A stretch of DNA of 64,000 bases. Origin: Marsupella aquatica. Lineage: Eukaryota; Plantae; Marchantiophyta. The notes under the pieces are model-generated. The model made no database searches. It was given only the letters and a program-made list of their open reading frames with translations, and had not been told where the DNA came from. The position numbers and the translations under genes are program-made. Shown here piece by piece: positions 1 to 11,777 of this stretch (the first letter of the stretch is position 1; each line of letters opens with the position of its first letter). Location: assembly GCA_973895155.1 (NCBI GenBank), contig OZ316895.1:20598803-20662802 (forward strand), given 5' to 3'.

Positions 1-482
1 TACCCTTGTGAGAGCACCTCATTGTGCTCATACTTAGATATCAATTTTAGGAGTAGAGACTGAGAGGGAGAGAAGAGGATTGTCATAGAGCAGCTTGTGA
101 GCTTGCCAGGGTATGACGGATGTCCTGGTTTGTGCATATAAGGATTCTTCTCTAGGCCATGAGTGTAGCCAGATGGGGTGAACTACGTATCTATGTGTTG
201 GTGTTGATTTCTTGCTTACGCTGTTTCCAACTACATTGTGCTGTGGAATATTTTACCAATATCAGTTTACCAAAATAATTTTGTTGGAGAGTTTTTGTAG
301 ATAAAGTGACACATTATAGGTTTAGCAATTGCCCCAAGTAGGGTTTTTTAACATCAATTTGTTATAATTTATTTACATATGCTCTTGCTCTTTCCTATGT
401 GTAGGTTATGAATTAGTTTTGGTTTGCTCTAGTTTAGAGAGGGGAAATTGTTGTTGGTCATTTGCTTAGTCATTGGGAAGAT

Positions 483-811
483 TGTTATACATTCACTCTT
501 AGGTCTAGAGTAATGACTGTAGCCATAGTTAGGCTAATCGTAGTCTCATGTAGACTTGGCTAGGTTAGTCATGTTTCATACTATATACGCAAGCAAGTAT
601 TTATTTGTGTGAGTAACTCAGGTTGATCATTACGAAGCCACTTGAAAGATAGTAAGAGTTTGTGTTGTGGAAACTTGGTATGGGCGACAGACCTAGAATG
701 CAATAAAATCTCTTGTGTGTTCCCTTGGACGTAGCCTCATTGGAGGTGAACCATGTATCTCTTGTTATCAATTTAGACCCTTGTCGTGCGCATACGCATC
801 GCTACACAACA
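483..811 (+). mobile_element. Ty1/copia-type LTR (degenerate), preceded by a PPT-like tract
   Basis: GGGAAGAT|TGTTA start and ...ACAACA end. Colinear similarity by eye to the LTRs at 58562-58903 and 41941-42224 (minus), e.g. GACGTAGCCTCATTGGAGGTGAACCA. A second LTR-like remnant with GTAGCC...GGTGAAC lies at 1-260. Confidence 0.7.
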
Positions 812-959
812 TACATCGCTTGTCACACATATCCAAGCATAGTCACAATCCTATAACACAAACATAAAAGAATGGAGTACAAATGGAACCCATGTACACA
901 TATGCCCAAAACCCACAACAATCTTCAATAGTGCAAATGAAACAACTATCCGACCTGCT

Positions 960-1235
960 CGATGCAATCACACAAGCATGTCAAGCCCAACACACCTTTA
1001 CTTCAAGGAATCCACATTACATGTACACAACCTGGTCAGCCACACCATAGCCACCAGAGCTTGTGCTCAAAGGCTCAACATTGAAAGATGAGGCCTTTGA
1101 GCCAACTCAAGGGGACAACTATCCTTCACACAAACTCAAACTAAACACTAAGTGCTCATATAATACACATACAAAACATCTATACCTAGATAGTGTGATA
1201 TACTATACTACCACTATAAATGGTGTGACACCCTT
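960..1235. repeat. Dispersed repeat, inverted copy of ~55180-55440 (probably retroelement-derived)
   Basis: GGCTCAACATTGAAAGATGAGGCC and its flanks match the reverse complement of 55260-55430. The two spurious ORFs share the peptide GSTLKDEA. Confidence 0.7.
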
Positions 1236-1239
1236 GAGA

Positions 1240-1547
1240 TGTCTCACCCTAAGTGCACACTTTGTAAGTGAAAAACCTGGCTAACTGCAAGGCATAAAAT
1301 GTTCTTTCTCCCCATCATTTTGCACTTTTCTGCACTTTTTGTAAGTGCAAACAGGGCTCCACTAATTGACAAATATATAGGTGCAATTGATATGCAAATT
1401 CCAGTAAGTTGTTTTACTTTGACATAGTGCAAATTACAGTTAGTCCACAAGTTTCGTCAGACTACTGTGCACTTAGAGTGATAAATGCAAATCCCTTTTG
1501 CACATAGACAGCTTGGTCCAGGGAGTGTGCACTAAGAGAGTGAGACA
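1240..1547. mobile_element. Possible MITE-like element with imperfect terminal inverted repeats
   Basis: TGTCTCACCCTAAGTGCACACT at the left end vs AGTGTGCACTAAGAGAGTGAGACA at the right end; internal TGCAC/GTGCA repeats; no clear TSD. Confidence 0.4.
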
Positions 1548-2199
1548 AATGTACAGAAAACAACCCATGTGTCTCAGTTATAAGTCGAAGAAGGACTCAC
1601 CTAAACCCAGTCTTTGGGCCATTAAGCACTTTACAGTATAGTCTAATTTAAGGTTTGGAACATTCAAAGTGATGAGAGAATGAGAAGCTTTTAAGTTTCT
1701 TGATCCTATGATGACATGTGCATTCTAATGCCTTCCCATTTTAACTTCTTCGAAAAGTATAGAAAAACTGTTATCATATCATATTTAAGCTTAGTGAAGA
1801 AATCATTTGCTATATAATCTAATGGAAATGATTATAAATTTTCAGACGGGGAACACGAGGGAGAATTCAAGGCGGCTCGGATTATGTGCACGAGGTAAGG
1901 AGGTGCGGGCCAGGGGTGCAGGCCGTGGTCATAGATATTTATAAAGTAAAAGTATGTATTATCAGGTACATTGAAGGGAGCATCATTTGTGGCGGTCTTT
2001 CTTTGGGATTGCGAGGTAGAGTCCCTGCCCATGACAGTCTGTCTAGTAAAGATACAGGGGCCTGAGAAGGGGCAAATTGCAAACTACTGTAAACATCTAA
2101 ATTGAAATAGAAAAATGGAAAGAACGAGTTTGCGATTTCGATTACTTTAAAAATTAAAATGGGAAGAATAACAAAGAAGACAGCCTCATGCTAGAACTC

Positions 2200-2780
2200 A
2201 AAAGTAAAATAAACCAAAAGATTGAGCTTAGGAGACCAGACATGTGCTTGTATATAGCATGCTCATCGTGGAACATGTTTGAGTTTTTGTCTTGTAATGA
2301 TAAATAAAATATGAGAACATAACTAGAAGGATTGGTGCACAGTGACCAATGAAAAGTATAATCAAGGATGGTACGATGTGTGCACTTAATTCAATGTTCT
2401 CATGAATGATACTCATTTCAATAAAAACCATAAACTTAGGAAAAAAAGACATGAGGAGAGCTTAAGACACAATCAGAATCATTTCTCTCATTCATGAGAA
2501 TGTTCATCTCTAATAAATCACAAACATTAAAATTTATAAGGGGGCTGCCAAAATATGTTCAAAATACTTTACAATACTAAAAATTAATGGGGTCCATAAA
2601 ATAATTAAAAATGTATATGATACGCAGGCTGCACCTTCATAAGGCACATTGAAATACAAATATATGACACCAAAACTCTGAATAAGACAAAATCTGAAAG
2701 ATGTATTCACCATATATAAGTGCCAAAGACAAAATCTGAAAGATGTATTCACCATATATAAGTGCCAAACAAATCTGAAA
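2200..2780 (+). repeat. Dispersed repeat homologous to ~12330-12790, ending in a 42-bp tandem duplication
   Basis: Shared blocks AAACCATAA.TTAGGAAAA...CTTAAGACAC and GAATAAGACAAAAT.TGAAAG.TG.ATTCA.CATATA. The unit AAGACAAAATCTGAAAGATGTATTCACCATATATAAGTGCCA is repeated about 2.3 times at ~2684-2780. Confidence 0.65.
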
Positions 2781-3229
2781 AGTTCGCGTGACCGTAATCG
2801 AATAGGCCATGAAGCACTTTACACTAGAGTGTAATCAAGGTTTGGAATCTTCAAAGTGATGAGACGCTGTTTCTCGATCCTGAAAAATTCGCGTGACGAT
2901 AGTCAAGTGAACTATGAGCCCCATGAGGCAGAGGAAGCACGAGAAGCACGAGAGTCTCTGCTGAACAGAAGATACGAGAAGCGAAGCGAAGAGTTTCTCT
3001 GCAGGAGAGGAGAAGAGATTCACGAGTCTTTCTGTGTGGGCCCAAGAAACTTGCGAGCAACGGGGGAGGACGCGTAACACACAACATGGACATTTTTTTC
3101 AGTCAATCAAGTCGGCTGGGCAATTGGAATTGATCAAACTGCTTCAGCGGTGATGGGGGTCACAGTCTCAGAGCCGCGTTAAACTCAACCTCAACCCCAA
3201 CCTCGAGACGAAGAAGCAGTAGAGTAGTT

Positions 3230-3271
3230 AAGAAATGCGATCCACCCAAATTCTGATTGAGGAGGGTTGAC

Positions 3272-3319
<48 letters not shown>

Positions 3320-3595
3320 GAGGCAGTGGAGATATAAGTGTGGTGAAGGAGGAGAGGCTGTAAGTTTCAAGGTCGGGAAACTCAAAGGTGGTCTTCTCGG
3401 TCCAGCAGTTTAAGGAGCATAAGGAATGCGATCGACCCAAATTCTGATCGAGAGGATTGACTAGAGACAGAGAGACAGAGAGACAGAGAGACAGAGAGGC
3501 AGTCGATATACAAGCGTGGTGAACGAGGAGAGACGTTGTAAGTTTCAAGGTTGGGGAGCCCAAAGGTGGTCTTCACCGTCCAGCGGTTTAAGGAG
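3230..3595 (+). repeat. ~190-bp tandem duplication, each copy with a GA/GAGACA microsatellite, in the putative 5' leader of INH3
   Basis: AATGCGATC.ACCCAAATTCTGAT...TTGACTAGAGA..(GA)n..AGGCAGT.GATATA.AAG.GTGGTGAA.GAGGAGA...TGTAAGTTTCAAGGT.GGG...CAAAGGTGGTCTTC...GTCCAGC.GTTTAAGGAG occurs twice (from ~3230 and ~3421). Confidence 0.9.
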
Positions 3596-3618
3596 ATTGA
3601 AGAAGTCTGTTTTGGGCG

Positions 3619-3879
3619 ATGATTATGGCTTCCAACAGCAGCAGAAGTACCATCACCTTTGAGCAAGAACCGATTATTCCAGACAACCGACGGCAGGCTG
3701 AGGAGGCTCTAACCCTTACGCTTCGTCCCCGGCTCAAGAAGAAAGTGTCCTGGAAGGAGGGAACCGTGGACAACGAATTCTTGCAGAGGAAGACCTCCAA
3801 GAAATGCTGCATATTCCACAAGCGGCAGGATGAGGAGGACAGCAGCGACGATGAATTTCGTCCAAGCTGGACTGAATGA
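3619..3879 (+). CDS. INH3: Protein phosphatase 1 regulatory subunit Inhibitor-3 (PPP1R11/Ypi1 family); start could be the second ATG at 3625
   Basis: KKKVSWKEGTVDNEFLQRKTSKKCCIFHK followed by an acidic tract: RVxF-type KVSW motif, VDNE and CCIFHK signature of the Inhibitor-3 family, nearly identical to plant INH3. Confidence 0.95.
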   Translation: MIMASNSSRSTITFEQEPIIPDNRRQAEEALTLTLRPRLKKKVSWKEGTVDNEFLQRKTSKKCCIFHKRQDEEDSSDDEFRPSWTE

Positions 3880-6800
3880 TCTCCTCCTGCAGGAAATGTG
3901 ATGGTACCAGGGACGTGAAAGGCAGCTGCTGTGAAGCCCAGGTATGCCCAGTGCACGACTGAATCAACGTTGGAGTTAATTACTGCAAATCTTCTCGAAA
4001 TTCCCTTCTTGTGTTTTGTCTTTTGTTGTTTCTGTTTCTTCGGTTTGGTTTGGGTTTGTTCGTTGTTACCACCAAGTGGATGCGGGTGCCCAATTGGAAA
4101 ACGTATCAAGGTTCCTAGCGCACAACATAGGCAGAGGATTTACTCCTAATCACCACGCTCGTTTAGTGTATGATATTTGGGCCCCTGCTCCTGAAGAGGA
4201 GACTAAGTGGTGAAAGGGCGTCCTTCGTATTAGTGACCGTACAAAATTTCGATGTTGTAATATAGATGATGCCTTCTTAGCAACTTTTGATTCGTCTAGA
4301 GCAGGACATTCAGGGATTGCAAAAGGGCTAATGGTGGAGGATTTGTCCACTATCCACCTTCACTTTATGCCTTTCCATTCATATATCATGCAAACATATG
4401 CTGGAGGCCGCTTGCCTAGATGGTGGAGGTGATGATCACTGCGGGAGTGCATCCGACAGGAAAGTTGTGGCATGTGCAACGGCAAATCTCTTCGTTCTAC
4501 TTTCTTGCCCCTATCTCTTTCAGGGTTCTGTGGACTTTATAAACAATTTGAACTCAATTTCTTTTTACAGAGGATGCATATGTTCCTGAATATCCAATAC
4601 CCATACCATGGATCCATTAGTGGCTGAATGATGCAGTGTATCCAGAGTTTCCCCTTGGGACATGCGACTCTACTTGTGACATCTTCTTGTCCTTCTCTCT
4701 ACCTCTATTATCTAATAGTCCATCTTCAGTTTAGTGCCTTCCGTTGAAGGATAAACAGGTCGTTACTAGTATGCATATGAATTTGTTCTACTGCCAGTGC
4801 CTGACTTCTGATTAGATCCTCTTATCTTCCCAATGGTTTCTCTTCCCAATGTTTTCTCTTCCCAAAGGGCCTCTAGCTCGTGCCTTCAGTATTTCCTGCT
4901 TTCCCGTATTTCAGCATGGGTAATGGTGATCTGGAGATAATCGTCCTTCTAATGTTGTACAGGGCCAATGTCTTCTTAAAATATTACTGCATCGAACTTT
5001 TGAAAGGTCCATTTGGGATGCATTGTTTCTCAAAACTGCAGTTGAATGGCCCTTATTATGAATTGTACAGTTGCAGTCGACAGTTTCAAACAGTCTTGTC
5101 AGCTTTATCCCATTAGAAGACATTATGATGCTCGTCAAGAGGGTCATTTTTTCTGTGTACTGGCATGACTGCAGCGAAGGGCCTAGCAATTTTTTTCTCT
5201 AAAAATAGAAATTGTCTGTGCACTTGGGCTGGTTGATTATAACATTTCTTGGAAGCAGACGAAACCAGTGTGGTGACGAGGTTTTCCGAACCGATGATTT
5301 GGGTATATCATGATCTCTTTTGAACTGTTGGAGGTCAATAATTCGAATAGTAGAGGATGATCATTTGAAAATTCTATGTACTAGTTTGTGATTTAAATTG
5401 TTAGATGTAAGGTGGAGATGGGAACATTTCACTAAACCTCAGGTGGAGCATGCACAATACCGTGATCGCCCATGGCGTTGGTTGTTGAATCGTGGCAGAA
5501 TCTCACAGCTTTAATGAGATAATCCACTTCTAGCTTCACTTCTCAAATGATTGGTTTGGGAAATTGGAAATCTTTGCTCGTTAGCCTTTTGGTTCAACAT
5601 TTGAGACGAATGTTGAAGCCGAGACGGGACATACGGGCCTGAATGGATCCTGATGTTGGTACCAACTTTTAGTTTTCCTGAGAAACTACCAACCTTTAGT
5701 TTTGCGCGTAAAATTCACAAAAGCACAAAAGTTTACTCCATCTCTAATTTCTATCTAGGTTTGGAGAAGTATTTGCTTTTCTATTGTCATTAGATGAAAT
5801 TCGCTTTTCAAGTTCCCAGTCCTGTTGAGCTGCGATCCCTTGTTATCCCTATATTTCCCTGATTATTTGTAGTTCAGATTGCAGACTCCGCGCACCAGGA
5901 ACTGGAAGCAAGAGTCGTACATATCCTTTAGAGAGGAGGTGACACTTGTTTGAGATTTTAATAAGAATCCTCTCGTGAGCATCATCACTTAGAATAAGCT
6001 GGTCTAACTAACATATTTAACCCCAGTCGGTTGATGCCTACAATGAAGTCATGGATCGTGTCAATATATCCACACTCTGGTTTTGTTGGGAATCCTCTGC
6101 TGGACTCCGTTTTTCTGATCAAGAGTCTGAACGAAGCTGAAAAGTTTCCATTCATGAGGGTGGATCGACTAAATGAAGAAAGTGCTCCTGCAATGCTTTC
6201 TCTGTATGTTTTCAAGTTTTTTCTTCTCTTTTCAACTAGCAGGGTTCTTTTTGGATATTTACTTGTTGGTTTGACTCGTGTGCTCTGTCAACAGGCTGAC
6301 TCGACCTGAAGGCTCCGAAGGACAATGGGGAGGCGAGTGTTTATGGAGAGTCGGCAACATACCGGTTTACTACCTCCAAAAAAAGAAGTTCCCTTCATGG
6401 CAGAAGTTTTCTTCCTATATGAAATGATCAAAGTTAATAATTGTCCCTTTCAGTGGGGATAGGCTCGACATGTTATATATTGCACATATTATCAACAAAG
6501 GTTGTGTAGAAAGCATCTCAACAATTTAGTAGTTCAATGGTTCTGGGTTCAATCCAAATCTGGAACATGTAAATCTTCTGGAGTTCTTCATTGCAAGATA
6601 TGTAAGGATGAGTTCTGAGCACCTTTTAAAAATATATATATATATAATCGAATCTGGAATGACTAACGTACGAAGGCGTGAAAGATTGTTGTGATTATTG
6701 TGAGTACAGATGTGTTTAATAGCAGGAAGATGTGTTTAAGGTGCTGTTGTTGCCACAAATTCTCGTTGAGGTTCAGGTCTCTGCCTAGGCTTTAGCACCG

Positions 6801-8311
6801 TGTGGCCGTAAAGCTGAGTAGGTTTAGTCTCGGTACATTGTGGTGCGTTTGAAATCTCTTCAGAATGTCGATCATCCACGTTCCTGCAATTTGTCCGAAG
6901 GATCTACGACGCTTTCGTCAGAAGTTTACATTTCCATCGCTGGGGCCAAACGACCTATAAGGTAAGGGATCTAGAATATGAGGGACTTGCCAGCTGCTAC
7001 CAAAAAGCATTGTGGCAAGGCCACCAAAAAAACTAGTTGGGTTCTAAAGGAGTGGGACCTGGCTAGCTTTCATAACGCATAAAGCTGTTTTTGCTGGTGT
7101 GTGGGTCACCGTGATGAAGAACTCTGCAAATTGTGCATACGTTGAGCAAAACGAAAGGAAAGAACGAGAAATGATGAGGGACAACCATTCTCTACGAAAT
7201 GCCTTTATAGCGGTGGGCTCCTATCAAAGGGTTTAGTACCCGCTGCAAGGCGCCTAGATCTGCTCTTCCTATGATTAAGATATACGGAAAGTATGTGCCC
7301 GTTGATCTCACGACATGTTTCTGCGTTTCTAGTTAAAGGGCATAGAGGAAGATTGTGTCCGAATAGCTGATTGACAGTTAGCCCTGTATTCAAAGTCAGT
7401 TATCATCGAAATGCTGGGGCATGAATTTGGGGGCTGTCTTCTGGGGTGCGTCTGCAGGGGTGAACACATTGTTGATTCAATAATCAAAAGAAGAGGTTTC
7501 TAATATATACATAACAGCTAAGTTTCTAAGATCAAACCAAAGGCGTGGAGCAATGGATAACATACGTATAACATGTCTAGTCAGTATTGCCCCTCATCTG
7601 ATCTCACGTCCAATGACTAGGATTCAACTCTCGTTGTTTTGGTGCCATTAAATGCAAGCTTTGTGCCTAGGTGCAGCTCAAACACATCACAAAGTGAAGC
7701 CTAGGCCATTGGTATTGAGCTACAGCTCCTCTAATACATTTTTTGTGGGAGATTTTGTCTGTCCCTGGGGATCCGTCACTTGTGGCCACTTACTGAAAGG
7801 ACAGAGGAACGGATAGGTGGTGAGATGTTTATGTGATTGCCTTCGCTTAGCTTACTTTCTGGGAATTTGGGAAATAGGAAAGGTTCTTTTGAACTTTTAG
7901 TTACATATTTAAATCATAGAACATGATTGCTCCTCTGAAATATAATCTTTCCACAAGTAAACAATATGAAGCTGCCAGGCACTGGCAACACGATGTCTAC
8001 TCTGAAATATAATCATTTGACAAGTAAAATGATTTTGCGAGGCCACAGTCGTTGGTACCTTGCACAACTTCCCAGGATGGAACGAAGAAAAAGATGCCGT
8101 CATTATTTCACTCGTTTTCAAATACCAGTGATGATTCTCTGAGATCCAGCTTCTGAAGCTACTACCCCTAATAAGTTTGCAGACTGCCATATTGTTCGAA
8201 GCTACTGTACTTCATCACCAAATAATTTGGAGAAAAGGATCATACTATCGAATGGACACTTTTCCATATTTTAGGACAAGTTTTGCGTCTAGACATGATT
8301 GAACTTTCATA

Positions 8312-8622
8312 CTTTCTCTCTTCCCACTTTCAAAGTCCACTTTGACTCAAATGTGTGTCCCAGTTTATATGTACACTTTTTACCTTTGCTCTGTTGGTGG
8401 TCTTAGACTTGCTAAGAATAGAGATGACATCAGCCAAAAGGACCTCCAAATATTGATCAACAGAGTAGAGCGCAAACTTTACATCTACCTTCCTGTCCAC
8501 TCATAGCAAATATCTTCATCATGGAATATCTTAAGTCTCCATGGAATGGCTTTTCAACATATGTGCAATCTAGCTGCACTAGTAACTCAAAGTGGACTTT
8601 TAAGTTGAGAGAGAGGGAGACA
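8312..8622. mobile_element. MITE-like inverted-repeat element (degenerate)
   Basis: TCTCTCTTCCCACTTTCAAAGTCCACTTTGA at the left vs TCAAAGTGGACTTTTAAGTTGAGAGAGA at the right. Confidence 0.45.
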
Positions 8623-10804
8623 GAGACTGTAGGACCTTGGTATACTGAAACAACTGCACTAGTGCATGAACAATAATTGTCTTCTAGAAATTTTCAAACT
8701 GAGCAAGCAGGCTCCAGAACTATGACAGAAGGGACTCGTGCATAGCTATTAAATAGTGGAAAAGGTGTACTTCCAACCAGTCAGGCATCCCAAAATGCCA
8801 GCAGAGACCTTACAACCAGTGACAATACCATTTCTTCTCTCCTTGGAATTTGTTCTCTATAAAAAAATGCTGCTTGTAGGCCCCCCAAAAACAAAGAGAT
8901 GCAAGTACAAGAACTTTTGCCCACAAGATGATGCTAAATGTTGGGCAGAAAGGGGCAATAAAATCGTGCAACGTTCATTTTCAACGTTCTGAATTATGCC
9001 CCTCTCTCGTACTGTAAGATATATAATTGAGTGGAGGCCTGCGAATGGCTGGTGTGGAGATCCAACTGACAAAGATAATATCTTAGTGACAATCAGGTTT
9101 GCCTAAAAAAATTCAACTGTTGAAGATTGCGATCCCAGGGCATATTTCAACAGTATTCCAAGCATAATAATGTAATACATTCATGGATGAATGTATATAA
9201 AAAATCCAGTTAAAAAATGAGATGTCAATAAACGATTTATGGAATTGAGCTATGATTGGAATGACATAAATATTAATTTTCTCGAGGGCATGCTTGAATG
9301 TCCTTAAGGTAATAATGGTAAGTCTCAAAGCTAGATCATTAGTGAAAGGTATGTATTTATGGTACATCTCATAACTCCCCTTATGTGACCCAATTATGAA
9401 ACTTCAAAAATGGGGGAGGTAGTATTGATTAGCCCCATAAGGAAGGATATACTCTCTCACTTGTCTCATAGCCTATATTTTTTTCTCCTCAATTCTTAAT
9501 CAGTGGCCACATCAAACGCAACAGCTAGTGATGTCAGACGCAAATCCCACATGCCTTCAGTTGCAACTTTCCGGAATCCTAGAGTCCTAAATTTCTGAAT
9601 TTTTGCGCCTAAAATTGCAGGAAAGTTATGGGTTAAGAGCCTGCAAGCTGTCTTTACTATAGCTGAAAAATTGGTGTCATAAATTTTACCAGAATTCCCA
9701 TAATACTGGAGTTATGAAAGTGTCTTATCTTGTTAATACCAGAATTTGAGTCTAAATACTAAATTTTAACACCCTAAACTCGCATTTTGCATATTATTAT
9801 TATTATTCTGCACAAGTTTATCTCTACGGAAGTCAGATAGAGCAAAGTGGGTACTATGTGTTTTGATAATTTGCGAGCTTTTTGGGGGTGGGGGACAGGA
9901 GTTTCGAAAGAATGATGTACTACCAGCTTACAAGATAATATTATCAAGTCACTCCCAAAAGTCAAATGAACCTTTGATAGGAAACCGCTGGTGGCGTTGG
10001 AGGGAACCAACTCAACCAATCAATCTCTGGTCAAATTGTATAGATTATTTGAGATCTAGGTCAACTGAAATCCTTAGGCCATTATGTGCACCAGGATCAT
10101 CACTTCCTCATCATTTCTTTGATACTACGAGCATGAGTACATACTAACTTGTACTATGTTTTTAATTTGATCTTCAATAGATTTATATAGGATTAATTTT
10201 TAAATTTTGTGTAATACATGATTATGAATATACTTTGTGTCAAACAATTTGTTTTTAATTTGGGAATCTGAAGTGAACATATCCCACTGTAAATGTTGTA
10301 ATTATACCCCACGCAGAAAACATCCAAGTAAGAAGAACACATGCCCCGGTTGAAACAAACAGTCAGAGCTAAAGCATCTAATAACATTTGAGGGCAATGT
10401 GATTTGATGTAGAGGTATTGGACGCATACCGGGGAGGTGCTAGAAGAACAATTGAGGGCAATGGGATTATTTAGTCGCTGAGGTATTGGACGCATAGGCA
10501 GCAGGCACTTTAAGACCCATGGGTGCTCTAACCTGTCCCTGTTCTTCCCTCATAGTAACCAGGGACAGCCTACCAATACGACAATATCCATTCCTATCAC
10601 GAAGAAAAGAGTGGGGAGCAACAAATCAGACCCTCTCTACAGGTGGGCAGACCTCTCATCGCACTCCACAGGCCCTTGTGAGCCATGACCTCCCCTTGGT
10701 ACTAAAGGTGGCTTTACAAAAAGTTGGGGGCACTTGTGAACTTTTTCACCAAACATGTGAAAAATGAAAAAAAAATGCTCTTTTCCAACCTATACCCCTC
10801 AAGG

Positions 10805-11777
10805 GAGGTATATGCTTGATGGGACCCTTGCCAAGATAAATTTAGGTGGTAGGCCATTATGAGACTTTTGTTGCAAACTAGGCCCCCTCTAACACTTTTG
10901 TGTCAGATGTTCTTGTAAAGAGTTTTAGCTTTATATTATCACCAATAAGAGCTACTGTAAAGTTTAGAGTCGCAGCTTGTTGAATGACAAACTACACCGT
11001 TGGGGGAACCGCGGACTACTAGCAACTGTCGCGCAAATTGCAAGTTCCTCAATGAAGACAATATGGTTTATGTCTTCAGGTTTGAATTTTGTCTTTTATT
11101 AGGTTGCTTCACGACACCTATGCACAGGGTTTGCATGATATCTTGATGTTTCTTTTGTTCTTTTGTCTAAGTATGCAATGAATCGTCTACTTTTGGCCAT
11201 TGGTCCCTACTGCAACGTTTTAAAATTGTCCAAGTGTGGAATGCATTTTAGGGTTTAGTGAACCCTGAACCCTAAACCCTTCTCACATCTCGACCCCAAA
11301 TTTGTCCAAGTATGTAAGGAATCAGGGACCTTTTACTCTTGGTTGTTTTCCCTTGTTGCAACTTTCAAAAATTGTCTAAGTAAGTGTGAAAGAAAGACAC
11401 CATGGAGTCAATCATAATGGGAAAATTTTGAGCATGCACGAACTACACTAAATGTTTAGACTAAATGCTATCCAAACCCACTATCATGTAACGATGGATC
11501 CCTTAAAACTCTACAATCGTGTGAAGAGATAATTCATTATGTCTTCTAGTATAGAAGTATGCGGTGTGGACTGCTATGCAACGTGCAATGGATTGTAGTG
11601 GAAAATATACAGTTGACCATGCATTTAGGCACCACATAAGAACCATGTGTACAGAACCTATGCAGAGGGCCTAGTTGGTAGCAACATTTTTGTGGGGGGC
11701 CTGGTTTGTAACAAAGGTTTAGTAGGGGCCTGTCATGTGAATATTTTCAGGCAAGGGTCCCATCAAGCATGTACCTC
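10805..11777. mobile_element. Non-autonomous Mutator-like element, ~970 bp, with diverged ~100-bp TIRs
   Basis: Left GAGGTATATGCTTGATGGGACCCTTGCC vs right GGCAAGGGTCCCATCAAGCATGTACCTC (27/28 inverted match), with weaker similarity further in. No coding capacity; TSD not recognisable. Confidence 0.7.

Noticed and set aside
3588-4109. 173-aa minus-strand ORF
   Set aside because: Antisense shadow of INH3 plus T-rich sequence; no independent evidence.
11250-11280. Telomere-like TTTAGGG/CCCTAAA words
   Set aside because: Only one or two units; not an interstitial telomeric array.
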